DNA of 64,000 nucleotides from Nanobdellota archaeon (GTDB lineage Archaea; Nanobdellota; Nanobdellia; SCGC-AAA011-G17; JACPNG01): NCBI GenBank assembly GCA_038046345.1, contig JBBSWJ010000005.1, positions 24,784 to 88,783 of the forward strand, read 5' to 3'. Shown piece by piece: positions 54,721 to 64,000 of this stretch (position 1 is its first letter; each line of letters starts with the position of its first letter). The notes under the pieces were generated by a model. It saw only the letters and a program-made list of their open reading frames with translations, ran no database searches and was not told where the DNA came from. The position numbers and the translations under genes were made by a program.

Positions 54721-55338
54721 ATGATAAACCGTGAAGCTGCATACTACATCAAGAGGGCTATTAGAACGGGAGGAGTATCCCCTAAGCTTGAGGAATTAAG
54801 AGGGCATCATCCTCCATCATTAGTTCATTCATTTATTGTGAGTTATACAACAGCACAAATTGGATTAATAGCAGGATACAGTCCATCAGATATAAAATTC
54901 GCTGTATTATGTGCTTTATTACATGATGTCGGCAAATACAGAATACCAGAAGCCATACTTTCAAGCCCGAAAAAACTAACCACCAAAGAAAGATATACTA
55001 TCAACCACCATCCACGTCATGGTCATAACATTCTAGTTGGCTTTGATCGAGATGTTGCAACAGTTGCTGCAGCGCATCATGAACCGTTCATAGACGGTTA
55101 CCCAAGAAAGGAAAGAAGATCAAACCAAGATGGGCTTAGACACACAATTGAATCAGTTGGTCTTGTTGATGTAATAGCAGCTCTTACAGAACCACCCAGA
55201 ATCAGACCATATCGCGGGATACCATTCACCCCAACAGAAACAATAGGCTTGTTAAAAGAAAAATTTACTGGAGACCCAACACTCATAGATGTAGCAGAAC
55301 GTTTAATGGCCATGAGAAAAACAAGACTCCAACTATAA
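54721..55338 (+). CDS. HD-GYP domain phosphohydrolase
   Basis: Motifs LHDVGK and HHEPFIDGYP (HHExxDGxGYP), and a ...TEPPRIRPYRG segment matching the RPYR region. Confidence 0.75.
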   Translation: MINREAAYYIKRAIRTGGVSPKLEELRGHHPPSLVHSFIVSYTTAQIGLIAGYSPSDIKFAVLCALLHDVGKYRIPEAILSSPKKLTTKERYTINHHPRHGHNILVGFDRDVATVAAAHHEPFIDGYPRKERRSNQDGLRHTIESVGLVDVIAALTEPPRIRPYRGIPFTPTETIGLLKEKFTGDPTLIDVAERLMAMRKTRLQL

Positions 55339-56514
55339 TCTAAGACTAGTAAATTTATGTTCGTATTTCTTACAAAAATGTAACGGATCCTGAATTACCT
55401 CACCGCTATAAGGCTTTAATTCTGTTTTATCAAATTTTTCAACGTAATCTTTTGGTAATCCCGGGCATATTTTTTTTAAAGAACACTCGCTGCATGGTTT
55501 AAGATGTTTATAATAATGTAATTGCCTGTATGTTGATAACACTTCATTAAATTTTGTGTATAATCCTCTTTTATTGTAACGAGGTGCTCTAAATGGATAA
55601 ACTACTAAGCCAGCTATGAACGCTCCAACAACTGGAAAAATTCCTAGATTATGTTTAATATTAAGATACGGATCCCATTCCTTATCTTCATACATCTTTT
55701 GCCACATGGTTCTTACATGTTCTTCATGGCCTTTTAGCATACAGTATGGCATCCATCTTACATTAATAACTTTAAACTGATCTTTATACTTTTGTATAGA
55801 CTTTGATAAAGCATCACCTATCTGATTATAATTTGCAAATCTTACTTTTTCATCGCTGGTGTTAGTTGCTTCTTGGGATGGATTAAAAACTAACAAATTA
55901 ACTTCAGATGGGGCATATGGTTTAATTTTTTCAAATAATTTATCACAATGCTCAAAGTTAAGGTTCGTTATAGTCATGTTAAATCTTAGTTCAACCTCTT
56001 TTCTTTTTGATATGTTATCAACAGCTTTCCAAATTCGATCAAACGAACCAGAAATATTCACAAGATTTTCATGTTCTTCTTTTGTTGTTCCATGAGTTGA
56101 AAAGAGAATATCATTTAACCCTGCATCTACTAAACTGTTTGCATATTTTTCATCTGCCAATCGAATACCATTAGTAATTATGCATATTTTTACAAAACCA
56201 ATATCTTTAGCATACTTTATTATTTCTAATAAGTCCGGCCTTATTGTTGGTTCACCACCAGATATGTCTACTTGATCAATTCCAAGAGACTTTGCTTCCC
56301 TGAATCTTGATTTTACTTCATTAGTTGAAAAATCTTTTGTTGTTTGGGCTTTTATTGAATCAAGATAATAACAAAAACTGCATCTTGCATTGCATGCAAA
56401 TCCCATTTGCATCACAAATCTTCTTGTGCTTCTTCTAACTATATCTTTTGTCCCATCACCGCGTATCTTTTCTATAAGTGGCACAATTTTTTGTTTTCTT
56501 TTATAGATCTTCAT
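55333..56514 (-). CDS. radical SAM enzyme with C-terminal SPASM/twitch-like Cys cluster
   Basis: CNARCSFC (Cx3Cx2C), GGEP, and C-terminal CSECSLKKICPG. Confidence 0.8.
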   Translation of the reverse strand: MKIYKRKQKIVPLIEKIRGDGTKDIVRRSTRRFVMQMGFACNARCSFCYYLDSIKAQTTKDFSTNEVKSRFREAKSLGIDQVDISGGEPTIRPDLLEIIKYAKDIGFVKICIITNGIRLADEKYANSLVDAGLNDILFSTHGTTKEEHENLVNISGSFDRIWKAVDNISKRKEVELRFNMTITNLNFEHCDKLFEKIKPYAPSEVNLLVFNPSQEATNTSDEKVRFANYNQIGDALSKSIQKYKDQFKVINVRWMPYCMLKGHEEHVRTMWQKMYEDKEWDPYLNIKHNLGIFPVVGAFIAGLVVYPFRAPRYNKRGLYTKFNEVLSTYRQLHYYKHLKPCSECSLKKICPGLPKDYVEKFDKTELKPYSGEVIQDPLHFCKKYEHKFTSLRL

Positions 56515-56564
56515 TTTGCTTGATAATACCCATTAAAGTAGTAATATAAATGTATTTCTCTTAG

Positions 56565-57377
56565 TTAATAATGTGGTGGTGGAGCACTATGTGTCTTGGT
56601 GACTGGGATAGTCTCCTGCATAGCTAAGTCTGCAAAGAAAACTATTGCCCATCTTGCTATTCCATCAGAATATGGCTTACTATTTATTTGTATAACATCA
56701 TGCCATGCTTGCGGTAGAAATCCTCCTTCAGTTGCATCAGGGAAAGTACATGCCGGCATGAATATTGCTTTTCCATCATGATGCTCTATCATTGTTTTAG
56801 GCCCATCCTTTGATCCGATTCTTAAACCAGGTGTACTTTCTGCTATTGCAATTGTTATTCCGCCACTATCAATATGATTTGTTGCAATATATTCTCCTTT
56901 AGTCTCAGGATCATAAGCAATAAATCTTAAAAAAAATCTTGGATAGATAGAATCATCATAGAATTTATCTCTGATAGCCGGATATTTAAAACTTAACGCA
57001 GATAATATCCTATTAAGTGTTATACATGATTCTTGATAAATTTGCTTAGCATGCCTTAAAAATGGATCAGCCCTGCCATCTTGTATAGCAATTTTATCTT
57101 CTAATAATGGTGAATAATGAAACAGTCTTTTGTTATCATAATGGCCCTTACGTTTTTTTCTTCTTACATAACCTATTTCTCCATTTTTGCTATCATGCGG
57201 TACATTAGGATGCCATAAAAACATATCAAAAAGTAAATGTTCAGGTATATCTAAAAAACCAATAAACGCATCTGCTGCTTTTTTTAGTTGATCACCTGGA
57301 ATACCAAAATCAACCATAGCATAACATTTTTCCCTGGTTTCTTTTACAATATATTCAAAAAGCTCTCTACCCTCCAT
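56565..57377 (-). CDS. 2-oxoglutarate/Fe(II)-dependent oxygenase superfamily protein
   Basis: HxD (NHID) ... H facial triad candidates and an RxA/S-like 2OG-binding region. Confidence 0.55.
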   Translation of the reverse strand: MEGRELFEYIVKETREKCYAMVDFGIPGDQLKKAADAFIGFLDIPEHLLFDMFLWHPNVPHDSKNGEIGYVRRKKRKGHYDNKRLFHYSPLLEDKIAIQDGRADPFLRHAKQIYQESCITLNRILSALSFKYPAIRDKFYDDSIYPRFFLRFIAYDPETKGEYIATNHIDSGGITIAIAESTPGLRIGSKDGPKTMIEHHDGKAIFMPACTFPDATEGGFLPQAWHDVIQINSKPYSDGIARWAIVFFADLAMQETIPVTKTHSAPPPHY

Positions 57378-57460
57378 AGTATTTACAAGCTGCCTTAAAG
57401 TTTATAATTATTACTACAGCCCAACTAAAAATTTATAACCATTATTCATTAATTAAAATC

Positions 57461-58024
57461 ATGAAAAAAGTATCCCAAAAATTGTTTGAAGGTGATGCCT
57501 TGGATATTGCCAGAAATATGTTAGGTAAAGTCATTGAATATGATGGTTGTTCGGGCATGATCGTTGAATCTGAAGCTTATAAATCAGATCCAGCATCACA
57601 TGCATATAAGATTACACCTAGGAGTGAGATTATGCTTACAACTTATGGAAATATTTATGTTTACCTGATCTACGGAATGTATTTTTGTTTAAACATAACC
57701 ACTAATAAAGAAGCAATCGGGGCAGTTTTAATTCGTGCTATTGAACCACTGAGTGGCATTAAAAAGATGGAATCAAGAAGGAGAACCAAAAACATTCTCA
57801 ATCTTACTTCTGGTCCAGGCAAACTATGTCAAGCATTAAATATTTCTAAGGGTTTGAATAATACTAAAGTTAATGATAGTATTAAAATTTTTAATTATAA
57901 AGAATTTAAAGATAATCAAATAACATCATCTAAGAGGATTGGTATTAGCAATGGAAAAGATTTAGACTGGAGATTTTTTGTCAGTGGTAATAAATTTGTA
58001 AGTAAAAATCACCAAAAACTTTAA
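57461..58024 (+). CDS. mpg: DNA-3-methyladenine glycosylase (Mpg/AAG family)
   Basis: AAG-family pattern (GMIVESEAY ... GPGKLCQAL). Confidence 0.85.
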   Translation: MKKVSQKLFEGDALDIARNMLGKVIEYDGCSGMIVESEAYKSDPASHAYKITPRSEIMLTTYGNIYVYLIYGMYFCLNITTNKEAIGAVLIRAIEPLSGIKKMESRRRTKNILNLTSGPGKLCQALNISKGLNNTKVNDSIKIFNYKEFKDNQITSSKRIGISNGKDLDWRFFVSGNKFVSKNHQKL

Positions 58025-58049
58025 TAGATGTAATTCTTGTTTATAGCTT

Positions 58050-58274
58050 ATGGGTATAACTGAGGTTCTAATCATTGCATTGGTAAGCATAATTATTTAT
58101 GAGTTCTTTAAACGAATGATTACATTTAAGCTTGTTGTTCTTGTATTACTTATGATCATTATTAGTTTTCTTATTTTAACCGGTAAGATAAGCGACTTCT
58201 TTTCAGATGTGGTGGGACCAACTTCTGCAGCAGTTATAGACACTGTTAAATATGCCCTGTCTGGATTAGTTTAA
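58050..58274 (+). CDS. small membrane protein (hypothetical)
   Basis: 74 aa with two predicted TM helices. Confidence 0.35.
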   Translation: MGITEVLIIALVSIIIYEFFKRMITFKLVVLVLLMIIISFLILTGKISDFFSDVVGPTSAAVIDTVKYALSGLV

Positions 58275-58958
58275 TACTACCTTTGGGCTGCTATCTATCT
58301 CTAATTTTTTTATGGTTCCATCGATGGTTAATATTAAACTTTCCATAAACAATGAACCACTGTATCTGCTCACTCTTGTTTCTTCGCCTTCTACTTCAAA
58401 ACTACCGCTTTTATCAACATCTAATGAGCCTACAGGCATAAAAGTAAAGGATTCTACATCAATTTGTGGTATCTTTAAAGTGTTTATATTAAGTATTGTT
58501 GAGATCTTTAATGTATCTAATTCTTTTGCTAATTCTCCATCATTTAACACAACATTCTGTACCTTTCCGTCCAACTGCAAAGTTCCAACCTCGCTTAGTT
58601 TTATTGGTCCATCATACCCAAATAATATTAATTTAGAATCTTTAGGAGCTCTAATATTAAAATCATCTAATAACAGATTCCCGCCGCCATTTTTTAACAT
58701 CACCTCTAATGTTATACCTTCCCCTCTTAATTCCAGCTTAGGCAATGATATTTGAGCATGCAAACCAAATGGCTCTTTATTTTCATAACTATCACCAGTT
58801 ATACCAACAACCATTCCAGTGATTACATTATCACTATCTGTTATTGAAGAATACACAAACAATCCTACCACTCCTAATACTACAATTATTAAAAACACTT
58901 TAAAATCCCTTCTAAGTCTGTATCCCAATGGTACTTGATTTTGTTGAGGGTATGGCAT
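58266..58958 (-). CDS. hypothetical membrane-anchored protein
   Basis: N-terminal TM helix followed by a beta-rich domain. Confidence 0.4.
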   Translation of the reverse strand: MPYPQQNQVPLGYRLRRDFKVFLIIVVLGVVGLFVYSSITDSDNVITGMVVGITGDSYENKEPFGLHAQISLPKLELRGEGITLEVMLKNGGGNLLLDDFNIRAPKDSKLILFGYDGPIKLSEVGTLQLDGKVQNVVLNDGELAKELDTLKISTILNINTLKIPQIDVESFTFMPVGSLDVDKSGSFEVEGEETRVSRYSGSLFMESLILTIDGTIKKLEIDSSPKVVLN

Positions 58959-59033
58959 TTAATTTCATAACAGGTTCCGTATATATAAAAACTTTCCGGT
59001 ATTTTTTTAAATGTGTAACATTACTGTTTAACA

Positions 59034-59525
59034 ATGGAAAATAGGGAAGAGCTTATTTTATCAATTAAGCAGTCACGAAAAACATATTTATTTGAATATC
59101 TAGCTGGTTTTATTATTCTTGGTATGTTACTTATTTTTTACAAGTACAACATTAAGATTAATGATAGCATATTTTATTTTTTGATTATTGTTAGTATTGC
59201 TGCTATTCTTTATCCAGAATTTGACAGAAACTTTATTATCCCAAGGTATAAAATCACTGATAAAAAGATTTCTATCATTACTGGTGTTATTAAACAATCT
59301 GTAAAAAATATTCATTTTCTTCCTTTAGGTTTTATCCCAGAGATCAACCTATCACAAGATAGGCTACCTCATCTATTGAATTATGGTACTATTTCTATCA
59401 ATTCAGGTAATGATTATTTTAAGATCAAGAATATTGATAATCCGAAGAATGTTATGGGCCTTATTGAAGAGCTCATAGAATCAAATAGAATGAGTATGTC
59501 AAGTAATTCTAAAATTGAAAAATAA
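59034..59525 (+). CDS. membrane protein with bacterial-PH (YdbS/DUF304-like) domain
   Basis: Two TM helices followed by a PH-like domain. Confidence 0.4.
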   Translation: MENREELILSIKQSRKTYLFEYLAGFIILGMLLIFYKYNIKINDSIFYFLIIVSIAAILYPEFDRNFIIPRYKITDKKISIITGVIKQSVKNIHFLPLGFIPEINLSQDRLPHLLNYGTISINSGNDYFKIKNIDNPKNVMGLIEELIESNRMSMSSNSKIEK

Positions 59526-59657
59526 TAAATTATAACATTAATTAAGCTAGAATATCAGAATAATATTGTACCAACTATATGGTAACAAACAATAGGAAGG
59601 TATTTAAACAGCAAAAACGACTACTTTTCAGTGGATATCCTTATCCAGTAAAAGCTG

Positions 59658-59795
59658 ATGGAACAAAAAAACAAAAGAAAAGAAATAATCTGTGAGAACT
59701 GCGGTGCTATTTACCTATCTGAAAACATCCCGCATAATCTACAGTGTACTTGCGAAAACACAATATTCCATTTTACAAACGAAGTACCTGCCTAA
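59658..59795 (+). CDS. small zinc-ribbon ORF (45 aa), speculative
   Basis: MEQKNKRKEIICENCGAIYLSENIPHNLQCTCEN...; not in track. Confidence 0.25.
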   Translation: MEQKNKRKEIICENCGAIYLSENIPHNLQCTCENTIFHFTNEVPA

Positions 59796-60580
59796 AACAG
59801 TAATAAAATGCCGTATCCAACAAAACAACCAGCGGTTATAAATGGCATTGCAGGGTAATATCTTTTTTTCTTAGATATAAACAACAAGGTCAACAACCCC
59901 AACATTGCTGTGAGTGATATTATCAAACTCAAAAACCCGTAATCTACCATAAGCACCCCCGCAAATATCAAAGGAAACGCTATATCCCCCCCGCCAAGTA
60001 TAGCCATATTATTCTTGTATTTTATCAAAAATCCAGCAAATAGCTTTTCTTTAGCCTGAAACTTAGCTAAAGATACCATATGTTTGGTCTTCCTCACAGC
60101 TATAAAATCATAAGCTGATACGCCAATTAACACAAGAGAAGCTATTTCTATGCTTAATACCGGCGCAAACAATGCAGATATAGCCCCATAAACAAATAGT
60201 TCAGTAAAATTATGCACAATTACATTATTCCTAAATAGCCTTAATGCTACAAATACAATTGCTACAATAAACGCAATGGTTGAATGAAAAAATGCAGAAA
60301 AAGACACTGAAAGAGTTAGCAGTATCGCCATACTAAACCAAATCTTCCATAAGACACCTAGCTTAAGTTTTATCAGTAATAAGAGCAATATTGTAAGCAC
60401 AACTATTACTATTATTATGTACATAGTTGAACTTAATGGTTTTTCAACATTTATGCTTGGTCTTTCAAGATTATACGGTAAATCTTTATTTAAGTAAACA
60501 CTTGTAACATACAAGCCGATTAAATGGGAAACTAAAAACAATATTAATATGATCACATTTATCTTGCTTGGGTGCTTCAT
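59792..60580 (-). CDS. presenilin / signal-peptide-peptidase-type intramembrane aspartyl protease (A22 family)
   Basis: Polytopic membrane protein with YD (SAYDFIAV), GxGD (LGGGDIAFP), and PAL-like (PAMPF) motifs. Confidence 0.65.
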   Translation of the reverse strand: MKHPSKINVIILILFLVSHLIGLYVTSVYLNKDLPYNLERPSINVEKPLSSTMYIIIVIVVLTILLLLLIKLKLGVLWKIWFSMAILLTLSVSFSAFFHSTIAFIVAIVFVALRLFRNNVIVHNFTELFVYGAISALFAPVLSIEIASLVLIGVSAYDFIAVRKTKHMVSLAKFQAKEKLFAGFLIKYKNNMAILGGGDIAFPLIFAGVLMVDYGFLSLIISLTAMLGLLTLLFISKKKRYYPAMPFITAGCFVGYGILLLF

Positions 60581-60787
60581 GATAATTAGTCTAAGCCTTT
60601 CCTATTTTAACTTATTGAAAACTTGAGCTGTAAAGTAAAAGTAGCTCACAACATCAGAATTTAACGAAGTCTTCATGTAGTTTGAATATTATATCCAGCT
60701 TATAGAAGAATTGAACCCAAACCAGCATTAACATCTTAGACTTTTTCTCTACTATATCTAACATCTACAAGTGAGATAGACTCACCA

Positions 60788-61765
60788 TTGTTTAATAGTT
60801 ATAATAATACAAATATTTATAAGCAATTGCCACTAAAACGGCGGATGAATTACAATAAAACATTCCGTAGGGTTATATGTAGCTTAGTCTTATTATGTGG
60901 GTTATACCACAAAACTCTTGGAATAGACTCAAAAACATTACCCCTGAAGTTTCCTAACGCACAAGAAATATTTAGACCAAGAATAGCCAATAATTTAGAA
61001 ACAGTAATAGAATCCAATATAACCCACGCTCATGAAAGATTTGTTAGAACTCTCAGATGGGATGAAACCATATCTAAAGCTGAAGAAAAATATAATATAG
61101 AAAAAGGTTTACTTGCGGGGTTAATCATGCAAGAAAGCATGGGCGATCCATTATCATTAAATGAAAGCAACGATGGTGGCGCTGGATTAATGATGTTTCA
61201 ACCAGGAACTGCAAGAAATTATGGCCTAAAGGTAATTGGTAGCTCAAATAAGACTGGTAGAGATACAGATCATGGAAAACAACTTCGAAAGTTAGTTGAT
61301 ACACAAGATCGCAACTACCAAGTACTTGCTGAAATTGATGAAAGGTTTGACGTAAACAAAAGTATAGATGCTGGAGCAAAGTATCTTCATGACCTACATG
61401 CATCACACGACTCATGGGACATGGCACTCTCTGCTTATAACAAAGGAAAACCAGTAAGAAGACCAAATTCTACACAACACGTAAAAAGCACAAGAAGATT
61501 TCAATGGTATTATGAAACGAACGGTGGAAAAATAGGTCAATATTACGAATATATAAGAACAAACAGCCGCGGTGAAGACATTTTTAGGTATGAAATACGC
61601 CAAAGTGACAGCCCTAGGAGTATTGCAAATAATTTTAATATATCAGATGATAGAAACAGATACAAAAAAATAAAACCATCAGATGTTGTAGATAAAAACA
61701 GACACCTAGCAGGCAATAAACTTAGCACTGGTCAGACAGTTTTTGTAAAAGCAACACCTAATTAA
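60788..61765 (+). CDS. SLT-domain lytic transglycosylase-like protein, membrane-anchored or secreted
   Basis: Catalytic Glu in MQESMGDP; [10 protein letters not shown] and AYNKG motifs of family-1 lytic transglycosylases. Confidence 0.65.
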   Translation: MFNSYNNTNIYKQLPLKRRMNYNKTFRRVICSLVLLCGLYHKTLGIDSKTLPLKFPNAQEIFRPRIANNLETVIESNITHAHERFVRTLRWDETISKAEEKYNIEKGLLAGLIMQESMGDPLSLNESNDGGAGLMMFQPGTARNYGLKVIGSSNKTGRDTDHGKQLRKLVDTQDRNYQVLAEIDERFDVNKSIDAGAKYLHDLHASHDSWDMALSAYNKGKPVRRPNSTQHVKSTRRFQWYYETNGGKIGQYYEYIRTNSRGEDIFRYEIRQSDSPRSIANNFNISDDRNRYKKIKPSDVVDKNRHLAGNKLSTGQTVFVKATPN

Positions 61766-62861
61766 ACATTTTTTCAAAGAAGTTTTTCTGGGGGCTTAAT
61801 CTTTCTTTGTTTTCTTTTCCTAACTGTAATAATAATTCTTTTTCCACCTTAGTTAATTTTTGGGGAGTTTTAACATGAGCATGAACAAATTGATCTCCAT
61901 GTCCATATCCATTAATATCAGGTAAGCCCTTGCCTTTAAGTCTGAATGTGGTATTACTCTGTGTTCCTGCAGGTACTTTAATTTTGGTAGTTCCTTCCAA
62001 TGTTGGTACTTCTAGCTCAGCGCCCAATGCTGCTTGTGAAAAGCTTATTGGGAGATCAATATGAACATCTATTCCATCTCTCTCAAAAAGTTCATGCTGC
62101 CTCACTCTTACTACTACTAATAAATCACCAGAAGCACCATGTTTTACAGCTGTACCTTCTCCATGTACTCTTATTATTTGACCATCATCTATGCCGGGAG
62201 GAATTTTTACTTTTATAGTCTTTTCTTTGAATAATATTCCATCACCATCACAATGCTTACATTCATTTTTTGGTACCTGACCCTTTCCTTGACATTCACT
62301 GCATAGAGTTTGCGCTGAAAAAATTCCAAATGGTGTTCTTTGTTGTTTGATGATTCTTCCCTTGCCATGACATTTGGAGCAATTTACCAAGTCACCATCC
62401 TCAGCACCAGTACCATCACAATGCTCACAAAGGATATTCTTTTCTAGTTTTATTGTTTTGTCTAGTCCATTGATTACATCTTCAAAGTCTATTGTTACAT
62501 CAGTTCTTATATCATTCCCTTTGGCTGCTCTTCTGTTGCCAGCACCAAAGAACGATTCAAAAATACTACCGCCAAATAAATCACCAAAAAGATCTTCGAA
62601 ATTTGTTCCACGAAATATATCTTCTTGGGAATATCTCTGATCAAATCCTGCATGCCCAAACTGATCATATGCTTTTCTCTTTGATTCATCTGACAACACT
62701 GCATAAGCTTCAGAAATCTCTTTGAATTTTTCTTCTGCGCCTTCTTCTTTTGATCGATCTGGATGGTATTTTAACGCAAGCTTCTTATAAGCTTTCTTTA
62801 TCTCTTCCTTACTAGCGCCTTTACTAACACTCAGTATTTCATAATAGTCTCCTTTAGTCAT
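61758..62861 (-). CDS. dnaJ: chaperone DnaJ
   Basis: J domain with HPD; four CxxCxGxG zinc-finger repeats. Confidence 0.92.
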   Translation of the reverse strand: MTKGDYYEILSVSKGASKEEIKKAYKKLALKYHPDRSKEEGAEEKFKEISEAYAVLSDESKRKAYDQFGHAGFDQRYSQEDIFRGTNFEDLFGDLFGGSIFESFFGAGNRRAAKGNDIRTDVTIDFEDVINGLDKTIKLEKNILCEHCDGTGAEDGDLVNCSKCHGKGRIIKQQRTPFGIFSAQTLCSECQGKGQVPKNECKHCDGDGILFKEKTIKVKIPPGIDDGQIIRVHGEGTAVKHGASGDLLVVVRVRQHELFERDGIDVHIDLPISFSQAALGAELEVPTLEGTTKIKVPAGTQSNTTFRLKGKGLPDINGYGHGDQFVHAHVKTPQKLTKVEKELLLQLGKENKERLSPQKNFFEKMFN

Positions 62862-62886
62862 TCAGCACCTTTGTAAGCAAGAGTTT

Positions 62887-64000
62887 TTAACTCTTTTTCT
62901 TTTTCTTTTTTTCCTCAACTACTTCAGCGTCTACAACCTGTTCTTCATTCTTTGTTTCAGAAGCTGCTTTCTTTGCAGCTTCTTCGTACATTTTAGCACC
63001 GATCTCTTGAGTTTTCTTCTGTACTTCTTCTAATTGTCTTTTTATCTTTGCTGTATCATCTGTTTTCACTGCTTCTTTTAATGCATCAATTTCTTTTTGA
63101 ACTGTTTCAACAGTCTTTTTATCAGCTTTATCACCAAATTCTTTTATCATTTTCTCAGTGCTGTAAATAAGTTGATCTGCTGAGTTTCTTACCTCGATAC
63201 CTTCTTTCTTCTTCTTGTCTTCTGATTCATGTGCTTGTGCGTTCTTCAAAAGTTCTTCTACTTTTTCCTTGCTCATTCCTGAACCGCCGGTTACAGTAAT
63301 TTTTTGCTGTTTCCCTGTAGCTCTATCCTGCGCAGACACATTTACAATTCCATTTGCATCTATATCAAATGTCACTTCAATCTGTGGCACGCCCCTAGGT
63401 GCAGGTGGTATTCCATCAAGCATAAATCTGCCCAAGCTCTTATTGTCAGCTGCCATCTCTCTTTCTCCTTGCAGTACATTGATCTCAACTCCAGGCTGAT
63501 TATCTGCTGCAGTAGAGAATACTTGCGATTTCTTAGTTGGTATTGTTGTATTCCTTTCTATCAAAGGTGTTCTTATGCCACCAAGTGTTTCTATGCCTAA
63601 TGTTAATGGTGTTACATCTAATAGCAAGACATCTTTAACCTCGCCGCCTAATATACCTGCTTGTATTGCTGCGCCTAGAGCAACTGCTTCATCAGGGTGC
63701 ACACTTTTATCTGCTTCCATTTTGGTTAGATCTTTTACTATAGCTTGCACTTTTGGTATTCTTGTTGATCCGCCAACCAAGATTACATGATCAATACCGT
63801 CTATTTTTGCGTCTTTAATGGCCTGTTTCACAGGATTTTTTAGTCTGTCAAATATTGATTCATTTAATTCTTCAAACTTTGCTCTGGTCAGCTTAATATC
63901 CAGGTGTAATGGTCCTGATTGTCCAGCAGTTATAAATGGCAGGTTTATCTGTGCTTGCAAACTGCTTGACAATTCTATTTTTGTTTTTTCTGCAGCTTCT
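62887..64000 (-). CDS. dnaK: chaperone DnaK (Hsp70), C-terminal part; gene continues beyond window end
   Basis: Hsp70 substrate-binding domain ([11 protein letters not shown]), lid, and poly-Lys C-terminus. Confidence 0.9.
   Translation of the reverse strand, partial: EAAEKTKIELSSSLQAQINLPFITAGQSGPLHLDIKLTRAKFEELNESIFDRLKNPVKQAIKDAKIDGIDHVILVGGSTRIPKVQAIVKDLTKMEADKSVHPDEAVALGAAIQAGILGGEVKDVLLLDVTPLTLGIETLGGIRTPLIERNTTIPTKKSQVFSTAADNQPGVEINVLQGEREMAADNKSLGRFMLDGIPPAPRGVPQIEVTFDIDANGIVNVSAQDRATGKQQKITVTGGSGMSKEKVEELLKNAQAHESEDKKKKEGIEVRNSADQLIYSTEKMIKEFGDKADKKTVETVQKEIDALKEAVKTDDTAKIKRQLEEVQKKTQEIGAKMYEEAAKKAASETKNEEQVVDAEVVEEKKKKKKS

Overview
Low-GC archaeal chromosome segment, probably from a DPANN-like lineage. 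The core is archaeal information-processing genes: aIF5B, aIF2-gamma, EF-1alpha, aEF-2, ribosomal proteins S6e and S10, NAC, Sec61-beta, archaeal ThrRS and PheRS alpha/beta, a TrmB regulator, and a 16S-tRNA(Ala)-23S rRNA operon with no 5S gene. Mixed in are bacterial-type genes that are characteristic of such archaea: DNA gyrase A/B, DnaK/DnaJ, MinD, HtrA, CcdA with a TlpA-like thioredoxin, and an SLT-domain lytic transglycosylase. The central observation is that the aEF-2 gene is interrupted twice inside its GTPase P-loop. First, a 33-nt in-frame insertion carrying a TAA stop folds into a textbook bulge-helix-bulge (BHB) motif, and excising it exactly restores the AHIDHGK motif, so it looks like an endonuclease-spliced intron in a protein-coding mRNA. 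Second, 9 nt downstream lies a 197-aa mini-intein (Cys1 ... HN|Thr). Both tRNAs in the window also carry BHB introns: tRNA-Ala(UGC) in the rRNA spacer has a 35-nt intron at the non-canonical 59/60 T-loop position, and tRNA-Ser(GGA) has a 12-nt intron at 37/38. Other notable items: a truncated Dph2 (diphthamide synthase) remnant; an MNT-HEPN pair; an HD-GYP / radical-SAM-SPASM / 2OG-Fe(II) oxygenase cluster; a tandem pair of paralogs between nac and minD; several compositionally atypical (GC-richer) orphan genes; and a rearranged str-operon neighbourhood. Two large anchored surface proteins and a presenilin/SPP-type intramembrane protease are also present. All calls rest on motif recognition by eye from the translated ORFs and the raw sequence; no database searches were run.
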